32,000 nt of DNA from Candidatus Diapherotrites archaeon CG08_land_8_20_14_0_20_30_16. Lineage in GTDB: Archaea; Iainarchaeota; Iainarchaeia; Iainarchaeales; 0-14-0-20-30-16. Below are positions 1 through 8,833 of the stretch, piece after piece. The notes beneath the pieces are model-generated. The model had not been told where the DNA came from. It worked only from the letters and a program-made list of their open reading frames with translations, and searched no databases. The position numbers and the translations under genes are program-made. Every line of letters begins with the position of its first letter. Position 1 is the first letter of the stretch. The stretch spans positions 3,741 through 35,740 of the forward strand of contig PEXK01000050.1 of assembly GCA_002779075.1 (NCBI GenBank). Direction: 5' to 3'.

Positions 1-11
1 ACTAAATGAAA

Positions 12-1325
12 TTATCTTTTTACCCTAACAGAGATTGCCCTTGCCAGTTCTTCAGGGAACTCAAATACTAAAAAATCGTTTTCCAAGATTTCTGTATATC
101 TATCTTCTGTTGATATGAAAACTATATTTTTGTTTAATCTTTTCAAATAGTTTGCTAATTCAATTACCCCTTCTTTTGTAATAGTTGTTGTCTGGCCCAA
201 TAAAACAATAATATATGTGTCGGTTTCTTTTTTTGTTAACTCTATTGCTTGAATATATCTATTGGAATCAGCATCGCCCATAATGTCTATTGGATTTTTT
301 GTTCCAACACCAAAAGGCATTACCTTCTTTAGTGCAGATTTTGTTTTTTCTGCTAACTCCAATATAGGAATATTGTATTGCTCAAAATGATCAGATAATA
401 AAATACCATAACCGCCACCATTAGTAATAATTGTTGTATTTTTTATTGACTTTATATTTTGGGATTTAGAAAAATTTACCAAATCTGTTACATTTTCTGC
501 ATTCAAAATATTGAATTGCTTGAATATCCCTGAATAAACAGAAGAATCCCCTGCTAAATTACCAGTATGACTTTGAACACTCTGCGATCCTTTTTTACTT
601 CTGCCAGCTTTTAATGCAACAATTGGTTTTTTTTGCTTTCTCAATATTTTTATAAATCTTTTTCCATCAATAATTTCCTCAACATAGAAAGCAATTATTT
701 TTGTGTGCTTGTCTTTATTCAAATATTCTAATAAATCACACTCATTAACATCACAGGCATTGCCATAACTAACAAATTTATTTAATCCTACTTTATTTTT
801 TTCAAACTGTTCAATCAAAATAGCACCAACAGTTCCAGATTGGCTAATTAAAGATACATTTCCTAACTTTGGTCTTTTCTGGGCAGTTATTGACAAAAAC
901 AAACAATCCAGTTTGTTGAAATTATCAAATATACCCAAAGTATTTGGACCTACAATTCTTATTTTTGTTTTCCTCGCAATTTGAACAAGTTCTTGCTCAC
1001 TGTGCAGATCTCCTGCCTCTTTAAAACCTGCACTAATTATTACTGCAAATTTTGTTTTCTTTTTTGCACAATCTTTCAGCACATCAATAACAAATGGTTT
1101 TGGTATTGCAATAATTACTAAATCTAACTCTTTTAGAGGGAGATCAGATACTTTTGGATATGCTTTCAATCCAAGAATTTGTGGACAATCAATATTTACT
1201 GGAAACAATTTTCTGTGTACATTATAATGCAAGAGATTTTGCATTATTGAAAAACCAATTTTTCCTGGTTTGTTTGAAGCACCAACAACTGCTAATGTTT
1301 TGGGATTAAATAATTTCTCTAGCAT
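12..1325 (-). CDS. ADP-forming acetyl-CoA synthetase (acetate--CoA ligase) alpha-type subunit, with CoA-binding and CoA-ligase domains
   Basis: The N-terminus LFNPKTLAVVGASNKPGKIG is a CoA-binding Rossmann motif. SHTGNLAG matches the phospho-histidine loop (ASHTGSLAG) of ACD/succinyl-CoA-synthetase-like enzymes. The ORF-track GTG at 1334 lies inside the SD GGTGA, so I take the ATG at 1325 as the start. Confidence 0.8.
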   Translation of the reverse strand: MLEKLFNPKTLAVVGASNKPGKIGFSIMQNLLHYNVHRKLFPVNIDCPQILGLKAYPKVSDLPLKELDLVIIAIPKPFVIDVLKDCAKKKTKFAVIISAGFKEAGDLHSEQELVQIARKTKIRIVGPNTLGIFDNFNKLDCLFLSITAQKRPKLGNVSLISQSGTVGAILIEQFEKNKVGLNKFVSYGNACDVNECDLLEYLNKDKHTKIIAFYVEEIIDGKRFIKILRKQKKPIVALKAGRSKKGSQSVQSHTGNLAGDSSVYSGIFKQFNILNAENVTDLVNFSKSQNIKSIKNTTIITNGGGYGILLSDHFEQYNIPILELAEKTKSALKKVMPFGVGTKNPIDIMGDADSNRYIQAIELTKKETDTYIIVLLGQTTTITKEGVIELANYLKRLNKNIVFISTEDRYTEILENDFLVFEFPEELARAISVRVKR

Positions 1326-1338
1326 AAAAATCACCTAT

Positions 1339-1395
1339 TTTTATGAACTGTTGCAATTTCTGATTTTTCTGAAGAAATTTACAACTGGGCATAAA
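1339..1395 (-). promoter_or_regulatory. Palindromic leader element, copy A, upstream of the ACS-alpha gene
   Basis: In gene orientation it reads TTTTATGCCCAGTTGTAAATTTCTTCAGAAAAATCAGAAATTGCAACAGTTCATAAAA. It is near-identical in architecture to 27712-27772, and its two arms are reverse complements of each other. It ends 3 nt before the SD GGTGA. Confidence 0.6.
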
Positions 1396-1698
1396 ATCAC
1401 ACTTTTTAAGATATAACAAGTTAGGAACACTTAAAAATAAAGATGAACTCTTTAAATATATATAGTAAATATTAATAAATGCGTGTTAAAAGACAAAAAG
1501 AAGAAATAATTGAAAAAAAGAAAAAGTACATCTGATTATAGGGATAACAAAAAATAGATTTGCACAAGTTGTAAGAAGATAAAACCAATGTTGTATACAG
1601 AAAAAAGGCAATTTGAAAATATATTAATTTGGAGAAGTTAGATAATCTGAAATAATTTAAAACTATTTCCTGTTTAGTTCATTTTGCAACGATTTGAT

Positions 1699-2565
1699 TT
1701 AGTTTTCTAAGTGTTGATCAAAATAATTAAACACCCTCCAAAGAACAGTGTCATCAACCAATTGTTTCAAATCTCTTTTTTTGTCCCATTTATTTAATGC
1801 TTCCAAAATAGCTCTTAAAAATACTTTTTGAAATTGTGGAAAATCTTTCCAACCAGTCCACTTAGGATAATATTGAGCAAAAGGAAGAATCTCAAACTGT
1901 CCATCTTTATTTTCAGCACCTTCGTTTTTTAATCTTTCAAAATGCTGTCTAAATAAAAAATTTCTTTCTCCAATAACTAAAAGATTCAAAAAAGGCAGAT
2001 TATCTACATATGATATATTATGTGCCCTTTCTTTCCAAGTTCTTTCTAATCTTTTTAATTCTGCTAATAATTCCTTAGAGGTTTGGGTCCTATCATTAGA
2101 GCTAATAAATTGTTTTCTTCTTGCAGACGGTGCTTTTTCTGTTAGTTTTCTTCTTTTGTCTGGTGATAATTTTTCAAACCTTTGTATTTGACTCTTTGAT
2201 CTTTCTTCTGAACTCACTTTTGAACTACCTTTATGCAATGCTTCAACTTTTGCTTTTTTTTGTTGAGGACTAAGATTGGCCCATTTCTCTTTTGCAATTC
2301 TACTGTAATCAGTCTTATTTTTCAAGCCAAATCTATATTTCCAGAGAAGATCATTTATTGCTTTTTCAAAATGTCCCTGACCAGACTGAGAACCAATTTG
2401 TCTTACTGGAAATAATCTGTAAGCCAAAAATTTGGCTGTTTCAAAAGGGACCCCAAATCTTCTTGACAAATCCTGTGCAATATCTTTTCTTTGTTTTCCA
2501 AGTTTAAGATCTCTTGCAATCTTCGCTACAAAAATTGGCTGAAATCTAACGTTCTTTTTTGGCAT
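1699..2565 (-). CDS. Hypothetical basic protein with an N-terminal HTH-like segment and K/R-rich W-A-x-x-[ST]-P-[EQ]-Q repeats
   Basis: Long ORF. The ATG at 2565 lies 8 nt after the stop of the upstream gene. KWANLSPQQKK and EERSKSQI motifs resemble the repeats of the 13886-14647 protein. I recognised no family. Confidence 0.55.
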   Translation of the reverse strand: MPKKNVRFQPIFVAKIARDLKLGKQRKDIAQDLSRRFGVPFETAKFLAYRLFPVRQIGSQSGQGHFEKAINDLLWKYRFGLKNKTDYSRIAKEKWANLSPQQKKAKVEALHKGSSKVSSEERSKSQIQRFEKLSPDKRRKLTEKAPSARRKQFISSNDRTQTSKELLAELKRLERTWKERAHNISYVDNLPFLNLLVIGERNFLFRQHFERLKNEGAENKDGQFEILPFAQYYPKWTGWKDFPQFQKVFLRAILEALNKWDKKRDLKQLVDDTVLWRVFNYFDQHLEN

Positions 2566-2573
2566 ATAAAACA

Positions 2574-4028
2574 CTAAACCTTTGAATAAGTAGGTCTTAA
2601 AATAAATCTAAATGGTTTTGAATCTTTTATTGATATTCCTATTTCATCATTCTCTAAAAGGGATAATTTCGCAGTAGATTTATTAAGCAATTGTGAATCT
2701 AAATCAACTTCTACAGATGCTGCAAACACTAATTGATTTTTACATTGAGATAACAAATCATAAAAACCAGCAACTAAAGAATCTTTATCTGTTCTAGAAA
2801 ATAGATTTGAGAGGTTTGGAAAGAATAAAGCTATTTTCGCATCAGAACCAGAAAATTCAACTACTTTCTTCAACACATTATATACTATAACCCTATTAAC
2901 TTGTTTATTCTTTTTGTCTAATTTAATAATATTTACAGAGCCATAATTACTTCCTAGATTTTTGAAAAAATCACTAACAGAAAAGTCACCTAAAAACACG
3001 CCAGGATATTGAAGTTTTGTTAAATTAACAATTCTTTGTACTAAGTTAATGTTATAAGATGTATATTCTCCATTTGGCTGTAGCTCCTCTAAATCCTTTA
3101 TCAGATTATCTATAGTAGCAGGCTGTTTTTCTTTCAAAACAAATCCTATCAAATCAAATATTATTTTTGATTTGATTTCTAATAATTCTTGAAAGGAATT
3201 ATTTGGAAGGTCTGACAAATTAACACATATTTTGTCTCCTATATTATAGGCTACAACAGGAAAACCAATCGACGCATTTTGATTTTTTTCTTGTACCTCT
3301 GGATTTTCATTAGGGTATTTGATGCTCATTAAAGAATCATCATATGTAAACACCAAAGTATTTTCTTTGTTCAAAGCGAAATTTTCAATTAAAACTCTCA
3401 TACATTTTTCTGAATTTGGTCCAAACAAAAAAGTCGTATCAAAAATATCTATTGGTTCGTTTACTTTTTCATTTGTAGCTTTATAGAATCCTAAGAAAAA
3501 ATCTTTCTGGTTAAACTGTTGCTTTGCACCGCTAAATATTTTGGGTTGCCTATTTTGAGTAACAAAAGAAAACAAACCCAAAGGATTAGAAAAAAGAGTA
3601 GTTTTCATATCGAGAGGCAGTTCAGAATAATCTTTCAAATTGATTTCGTAGGAAGATGCAATATTTATTATTCCTTTTGCGTCTTTTTTCAGTTTTTTAA
3701 ACTGATCATTTACAAAGTCAGAAATATCTTTCTGCACATAATTTAATACTTCTTGATCTCCCAATAAGAACAGGTATTTTTGATTTGATTTTGTGCCATG
3801 TTGCAATAAAAATATTGCATTTCTAGGAATTGTTTCAACAAAGGTCTCAGCATCTCCAAAGATGCCAATAATCTGTGAAATATATAACACAATTTTTGTT
3901 TTTTCTCTGTTTAGAATTTCAGAGATTATAAAACCTTCTTGATTAAAATACAAACTCAAAGAATATTCATCATAATCCCCAAAAAACAGCTTTTTCCAGG
4001 GCCCATTTGGATATTCTACATCAATCAT
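2574..4028 (-). CDS. Hypothetical 484-aa protein, possibly a degenerate P-loop NTPase (unverified)
   Basis: Long ORF with an ATG at 4028 and a TATA-like GTTTATATACC about 30 nt upstream. TTFLFGPNSEKC sits where HerA/FtsK-like ATPases carry GxxGxGK[ST], but it is one residue short and lacks the G-K pair. LVFTYDDS is Walker-B-like. These are motif impressions only. Confidence 0.5.
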   Translation of the reverse strand: MIDVEYPNGPWKKLFFGDYDEYSLSLYFNQEGFIISEILNREKTKIVLYISQIIGIFGDAETFVETIPRNAIFLLQHGTKSNQKYLFLLGDQEVLNYVQKDISDFVNDQFKKLKKDAKGIINIASSYEINLKDYSELPLDMKTTLFSNPLGLFSFVTQNRQPKIFSGAKQQFNQKDFFLGFYKATNEKVNEPIDIFDTTFLFGPNSEKCMRVLIENFALNKENTLVFTYDDSLMSIKYPNENPEVQEKNQNASIGFPVVAYNIGDKICVNLSDLPNNSFQELLEIKSKIIFDLIGFVLKEKQPATIDNLIKDLEELQPNGEYTSYNINLVQRIVNLTKLQYPGVFLGDFSVSDFFKNLGSNYGSVNIIKLDKKNKQVNRVIVYNVLKKVVEFSGSDAKIALFFPNLSNLFSRTDKDSLVAGFYDLLSQCKNQLVFAASVEVDLDSQLLNKSTAKLSLLENDEIGISIKDSKPFRFILRPTYSKV

Positions 4029-4166
4029 AAAAATCAACAAATCAAGAAAAGGTATATAAACTTCTACCTTTTATAATAATATCATATTCCTATATATACT
4101 TTTCTTTGTGAGAACATGGCTCAGTTGATAATTTCTCAAAGTGTATATGATTTTTATCTCTGATAC

Positions 4167-4239
4167 GAAATCATTTACAAAATGTTGCAAACCCAAAGTT
4201 AGCAACACAAAATCAAAATTATACAACAGGAACCATAAA
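4167..4239 (+). promoter_or_regulatory. Palindromic leader element, copy C, upstream of the coiled-coil protein gene
   Basis: Sequence: GAAATCATTTACAAAATGTTGCAAACCCAAAGTTAGCAACACAAAATCAAAATTATACAACAGGAACCATAAA. The first 40-45 nt are almost identical to the reverse complement of 31956-32000. Confidence 0.6.
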
Positions 4240-4256
4240 TCTATTTGAGGATCTTT

Positions 4257-4799
4257 ATGGCAGATAAAACAGTTTTGGAAACAATAGCAAATTTAAGGCA
4301 ATCCGGTTTAAGAGACGATGAAATAAAAAATATGCTTTTAGACATTGGTTTTGATGAAGATACAATAAATGAGGCAATGGGATCCCAGGAAACGACTCAA
4401 GAAAATGACGAAGTTGACGAACAAACCAATCAATACGGTTCTTCTTTAGAAAAGAAGAATCAAGAAATTACAGAAAAAGTAAAAGAACATGCTGAAAATG
4501 CAAAGTTAGCCAGTAACTTGGCAATGAATGTTTCACAAGCAGCAGCTAATAAAATAGATCAGCACATAGAAAAAGTAAAGACCTTTGAAAAAAGATTAGA
4601 CAGTTTCGAAGATACCATTTCAAACATACCAACAAAAGAGCATATAGATGAATTAAAAGATATGCATATATCTCTACACGAAAAACACGACGATTTAAAC
4701 GACAGATTAGATGCAATAGAATCAAAAATAGATGGTTTAACAAAAATAATGAAAGCTATTTTAGAAAACCAAAGAGATATTCTGATGAGATTAAGATAG
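4257..4799 (+). CDS. Hypothetical coiled-coil protein
   Basis: SD GAGGA lies 6 nt before the ATG at 4257. The protein is acidic and heptad-rich, with a short helical N-terminal module (DDEIKNMLLDIGFDEDTINEAM). Confidence 0.6.
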   Translation: MADKTVLETIANLRQSGLRDDEIKNMLLDIGFDEDTINEAMGSQETTQENDEVDEQTNQYGSSLEKKNQEITEKVKEHAENAKLASNLAMNVSQAAANKIDQHIEKVKTFEKRLDSFEDTISNIPTKEHIDELKDMHISLHEKHDDLNDRLDAIESKIDGLTKIMKAILENQRDILMRLR

Positions 4800-4809
4800 G
4801 AGGATAATT

Positions 4810-5001
4810 ATGGCAAATGATGATAAAAAATCAACTATAAGTGCATTTTTTATAGGTATAGGAATATATCTGTTTTTGAGAAGTCTTATTTTGATACTAA
4901 CTAATAAAACTATCAGTCCTGAAAGTGAACTTGGTACAGGGATTGGATTCCTAATAGCCGGTATAATCATTTATTTTGTAATGAAAAAAAAAACAAAATA
5001 A
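4810..5001 (+). CDS. Small membrane protein (63 aa, two predicted TM helices)
   Basis: A strong SD GGAGG lies 7 nt upstream, and the gene starts 10 nt after the preceding gene. The sequence is hydrophobic. Confidence 0.6.
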   Translation: MANDDKKSTISAFFIGIGIYLFLRSLILILTNKTISPESELGTGIGFLIAGIIIYFVMKKKTK

Positions 5002-5057
5002 CAATACAACCCAGTAATTAAAAACTATGTCTTATTTATTTGTAGAGGTTAAGTTGT

Positions 5058-6242
5058 ATGATGAATTTAACAATTAAAAATTCTTTAATCGTTTTTATTT
5101 TGGGTTTATTTTTATTTAGTTCTGGTTGCATTCTTCTAAAAAATCCAAATTTACAAAATCAAAAAATAGCTTGCTATAATGAATATGAAAAAGATGCAAA
5201 TCTGTGTTTTTTAGATGATAAGAAAGAGTCCTATTTTTTTATAACAAATTGTGTAAATCAAATACCTAATCAATTCTCTAAAGTAATCCTAGTTAAAGAT
5301 TGGGCAGAATGTAAATTAGAATGGGGCAATAGATACGATAAAATAGCTCCTTTTTTTATTCCACAAAAACAAGATTACCCTGATTATAATAAATGTAGTG
5401 AAAATATTTGTTTAATCTGTAAGTATCATTGTAATGTAAATCACGATTTACTTGACTGGCGACTTCTAAAAGTATCAGAAATTTACAAAAAGTTAGGGGA
5501 TCTATTGAATAAAAAACAATTATTTGAAAAACCAGTAGAGTATGTTATTTATAATAAAGATACAGAACTTTTGGGGACTAGTTCTGCTTACATGCATGAG
5601 ATGTATACTGGTGGTTTTTATAATCCTGTTTGTGGTTTTGATTTCTTCAGTGGCGAGGCAACAATACACTCTACCGAAGGAAAGAACTTTTTATATTATG
5701 CAAGCAAAACCCAACAATCTTCAGAAAAAATACTTCACAAAGATTATGCAGATGAAGTATATGCTGAGACATTCGAGGATGAAAGAGCCCCGGGTCATGA
5801 AATGTTACATGTGACATTTGGGTTAAAGTATGGCGGGTTTAGTTATGATCTCGAAGAATCGTTTACTAAAACTATAGAGAAATTCATAGGTGGGTGGGAT
5901 AACGTTACACTAAAAAAACTACAGTATAATCCTTCAGAAACGATTTTTCCAAATAGTTTTTGTGATATTGGTTTTAAATTAGGAGAATATACTTTACTTT
6001 ATCACTTATGCATGAATTATGGCTTTGACATAAATTCTTTGCCCTCTTTTTTTAATGAGCTAGATAAACTAAAAAAACAAAAGGAAAATTCAAATCCTGA
6101 ATTTAAAGGAAAGTTATCAAATGATGATTTTCTTAAAGCGTTAAATAATATTACTGGTAAAAATACTTCTGAAGTATTCAATAACCCTTGTTTTAGAGGA
6201 TACGCTTATTCTAAATGTTTGGAAACAAAAAAAGATTATTGA
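5058..6242 (+). CDS. Secreted Cys-rich lipoprotein-like protein with an HExxH zinc-metalloprotease motif
   Basis: The signal peptide ends in the lipobox-like FSSGC. There are more than 10 cysteines, and APGHEMLHVTFG contains HExxH. SD GAGGT lies upstream. Confidence 0.6.
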   Translation: MMNLTIKNSLIVFILGLFLFSSGCILLKNPNLQNQKIACYNEYEKDANLCFLDDKKESYFFITNCVNQIPNQFSKVILVKDWAECKLEWGNRYDKIAPFFIPQKQDYPDYNKCSENICLICKYHCNVNHDLLDWRLLKVSEIYKKLGDLLNKKQLFEKPVEYVIYNKDTELLGTSSAYMHEMYTGGFYNPVCGFDFFSGEATIHSTEGKNFLYYASKTQQSSEKILHKDYADEVYAETFEDERAPGHEMLHVTFGLKYGGFSYDLEESFTKTIEKFIGGWDNVTLKKLQYNPSETIFPNSFCDIGFKLGEYTLLYHLCMNYGFDINSLPSFFNELDKLKKQKENSNPEFKGKLSNDDFLKALNNITGKNTSEVFNNPCFRGYAYSKCLETKKDY

Positions 6243-6416
6243 ATCTCTTTTAAATTCCAACTTTCTAATTTTTTTATTACAAATCCACCATCTACTAATA
6301 CACCGCCAATATTATCAAATCTTATTTTCCCATAAGTAACAGTATCAAATTCAGATTCTTTAATTATTTGTAATAGAGGGATTCCTATTTGTTTTGATTT
6401 TAAAATAGATTCTAAT

Positions 6417-6572
6417 ATGATATTTCCAACATCAACAATAATTTATGGAAATAAAGTTGCAATGACAATTTGGTCTGACACAATTACGACAATATTGATT
6501 CATGATGAAAAAATTGCAGAGGCACATCAAAAGCACTTTGATTTTATGTGGGAAAAAGCAAAAGAAAAATAA
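6417..6572 (+). pseudogene. C-terminal fragment of a TrmB-like transcriptional regulator (51 codons)
   Basis: The translation MIFPTSTIIYGNKVAMTIWSDTITTILIHDEKIAEAHQKHFDFMWEKAKEK resembles the conserved C-terminus of TrmB-type regulators. The upstream in-frame sequence hits a stop at 6333. This rests on recollection of the family pattern, not a search. Confidence 0.35.
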
Positions 6573-6582
6573 AAAAGACGTT

Positions 6583-7641
6583 TCAAAACCTAACATCACC
6601 CATTTGTCTTTTTAGTTTTTGTACAGCTAATTCTGTTGCATGTTCTACTCCCCAGCCCTCAACAGAAACATTAAAATGTTTCCTAGGGGAAACAACTCGT
6701 ACTCTGCAATTCACTAAAGGCAGGCCTCTGAACTTTTCTTTGCCCATTTTATAATATGCAAATACTTTGTTCTTTGTATCTCCAAACTTTTCCAATTGCT
6801 GTAACTTTTTCTCAATATCTGGTCTGTACAAACCAGTAAATTTAGCAGATATCTGAATTGAACTATCTTTAACATCTAGTTCCATTGCATAAACAAACTG
6901 TTCCAAGATATCTGTTTTTGTAATAATACCGTAAAGCTCGCCATTATCCAAAACAATAACTGATGAAACATTCTTGTCAACAAATAAAGGAATCAATTTT
7001 GAAATATTTTCGGATTTGTCAATAGTAATAACATCTTCTTTCATAACCTGCCTGACCAATGCTCCCTGCAAATTAGATTTTGTTATTTGAGTTGCATGCA
7101 GGAAATATGTCAAAATGTTTGAAAGAGACACCACCCCTTTCAACTTTTTATCAAAAACAATTAGTTTAGATATTCCCAATTCTTGAAATGAGGATAATGC
7201 TTTTGCTAAAGTATCGTTTGGGCCAATAGTTCTTATTTTAGTATTTGCAAAATCAGAAACCTTATAGCCTTTCAAATATGGCATAACAATTTGTTTTAAA
7301 AAATCCAATCTATAAACTACGCCAATTACTTTATTTTTCTCTTTTGAATCAAAAACAGGCAGAAAATGTGCGCCAGACTCAATAAAACACCTAGCAAAAT
7401 CCAAATCAGGAGTATCTAAATAAATCATAGGGGGTTTATACACTAAATTTGATACCTTTTCCTCTGGCAGGTTAATTCCATCTTTTATAGCATTCTTCCT
7501 TGTAACAATGCCTAAATATTTGCCTTTATCAAAAACAATCCCTTGTTTCTCAGTTTTCAACTTAGGCAACACCTTAGATAAGGTCTCAGTACTTTCTATA
7601 ATAGGAAAATCCTTTACAATAACAGATTCCCAATTCTCCAT
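6583..7641 (-). CDS. Four-CBS-domain (two Bateman modules) protein with an HPF/RaiA-like C-terminal domain
   Basis: I take the ATG at 7641 (MENWES), preceded by SD GGGGGTG. Four CBS repeats are readable. The last ~90 aa (IQISAKFTG...KKLQQLEKF...VEGWGVEHATELAVQKLKRQMG) align by eye to the HPF/YfiA pattern. Confidence 0.7.
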   Translation of the reverse strand: MENWESVIVKDFPIIESTETLSKVLPKLKTEKQGIVFDKGKYLGIVTRKNAIKDGINLPEEKVSNLVYKPPMIYLDTPDLDFARCFIESGAHFLPVFDSKEKNKVIGVVYRLDFLKQIVMPYLKGYKVSDFANTKIRTIGPNDTLAKALSSFQELGISKLIVFDKKLKGVVSLSNILTYFLHATQITKSNLQGALVRQVMKEDVITIDKSENISKLIPLFVDKNVSSVIVLDNGELYGIITKTDILEQFVYAMELDVKDSSIQISAKFTGLYRPDIEKKLQQLEKFGDTKNKVFAYYKMGKEKFRGLPLVNCRVRVVSPRKHFNVSVEGWGVEHATELAVQKLKRQMGDVRF

Positions 7642-7690
7642 AGCAACACCCCCAAACAGTATATATATCTTTTTAACATTTATATATCTA

Positions 7691-7755
7691 TACACTAAAC
7701 AGAATATTTTTATGTAATGCGAGGATACACACTAAATAGGATGTTTTTATATATT
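7691..7755 (+). promoter_or_regulatory. Tandem TACACTAAACAG-box plus TATA modules in the divergent CBS/endA spacer
   Basis: The first module is TACACTAAACAGAATATTTTTATG (7691-7714). The second is ACACTAAATAGGATGTTTTTATATATT (7729-7755), and it lies ~55 nt upstream of the endA ATG. Confidence 0.5.
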
Positions 7756-7809
7756 GGTAAAATGTACAAATAATGGTAAACTGTATGAATCTATATTTGA
7801 GGGTTATTT

Positions 7810-8337
7810 ATGGCAAAAAGTTGTTCAGGCAATTTAGACGGCGACAAAGTAATAGTCACTGATAATAACTCCAAATCACTTTTAGTACAAAGAGGCTTTG
7901 GAGAAAACTACAAAAAATATTTGGTTTTGGACATGTATGAAACACTGTATTTATTAGAGAATAATTCATTAACTGTCAAATGTAAAGGCAGAAAAATATC
8001 TGCAGAAAAACTAATTGATAAGGTATTAAAAGAAGATGCTAAAAAATATTTTTTACACAGATATGAAGTATACAACGACATAAAATCCAAAGGATACGTA
8101 ATTAAAACAGGTTTAAAGTTTGGTTTTGATTTCAGAGTTTATCCAAAAGGAAAAAAAATTTCTGAAGAGCACACACAATTTGTTGTAGGTGTTCTACCAG
8201 AAACCCAAACTATAAAAAGCGAAGAATTAGCAAAGAGCGTAAGAATGGCATCAACATTACACACAGATCTGATTTTAGCAATTGTTGATAATGAACTAGA
8301 AATTAGTTATTACAAAATAAGTAGAGAAAAATTTTAA
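7810..8337 (+). CDS. endA: tRNA-splicing endonuclease, short (alpha-type, 175 aa) form
   Basis: The catalytic-domain signature GLKFGFDFRVYPKG...EEHTQFVV supplies the Tyr/His, with a later Lys region. SD GAGGGT lies upstream. Confidence 0.85.
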   Translation: MAKSCSGNLDGDKVIVTDNNSKSLLVQRGFGENYKKYLVLDMYETLYLLENNSLTVKCKGRKISAEKLIDKVLKEDAKKYFLHRYEVYNDIKSKGYVIKTGLKFGFDFRVYPKGKKISEEHTQFVVGVLPETQTIKSEELAKSVRMASTLHTDLILAIVDNELEISYYKISREKF

Positions 8338-8356
8338 TACCCCTAAAAAAGATGTG

Positions 8357-8833
8357 ATGATTATGACAGAAATTATTTATGCACCAATGAGAGAAAAATA
8401 TTTAGAACACAATCATAAAGATACAAAATGTCCTTTTTGCAACTACAACAGAAGGCAAGAATACTTAGTACAGGAAGGCAATACCTGTGCAATAATTGCA
8501 AACAAATATCCTTATCTTTATGGTCATCTTTTAGTTATACCTAAAAGACACATAACTGACATTCTAGATTTAAACAAAGATGAAGACAAAGACCTGATGC
8601 TTTTAACTAAAAGAGCAATAAAAATGTTAAAAAAAGCATTTCATCCTGATGGTTTTGATGTTGGTTATCAAACTAAAATGGGTGGCGGCACATTAGATCA
8701 TATTCATTTTCATATTGTACCAAGATATAAAGGCGACACTGGTTTTATGACTATAATGGAAAATGCAAATATAATTAGTGAAAAACCAGAAATAATGGTA
8801 CAAAAATTAAGAAAGAAAAATAATTTGTTTTAA
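8357..8833 (+). CDS. HIT-family nucleotide hydrolase/phosphorylase (Ap4A-phosphorylase-like branch)
   Basis: The histidine triad is HIHFHIVPR. It is followed by YKGDTGFMTIM, compared with RWxGDTNFM in the Ap4A phosphorylase-type branch. An N-terminal CPFC is present. The start is ambiguous (8357 or 8363). Confidence 0.8.
   Translation: MIMTEIIYAPMREKYLEHNHKDTKCPFCNYNRRQEYLVQEGNTCAIIANKYPYLYGHLLVIPKRHITDILDLNKDEDKDLMLLTKRAIKMLKKAFHPDGFDVGYQTKMGGGTLDHIHFHIVPRYKGDTGFMTIMENANIISEKPEIMVQKLRKKNNLF

Noticed and set aside
2568-2578. Extra copies of the TACACTAAACAG box at 2568-2578 (AACACTAAACC) and 7438-7449 (TACACTAAATTT).
   Set aside because: Both lie in or at coding sequence, are partial matches, and lack the following TATA-like tract. 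They were counted as chance.
2233-3746. Short ORFs antisense to longer genes: 2233-2415, 2292-2507 and 3519-3746. The same applies to 4546-4743, 5542-5814, 7508-7717, 7908-8090, 9357-9560, 9982-10296, 11049-11471, 11501-11734, 12419-12658, 15109-15420, 17242-17427, 17746-17937, 18109-18297, 19482-19847, 20270-20512, 21993-23744, 25747-26598 and 30594-31022.
   Set aside because: All are embedded in, or opposite to, much longer ORFs with recognisable domains. They have F/L/I/S-rich compositions typical of AT-rich antisense frames and lack SD sites.
4116-4163. A 15-codon upstream ORF (MAQLIISQSVYDFYL) ending just before leader element C.
   Set aside because: It has no SD, and there is no equivalent uORF at the other three element copies. 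It is probably fortuitous.
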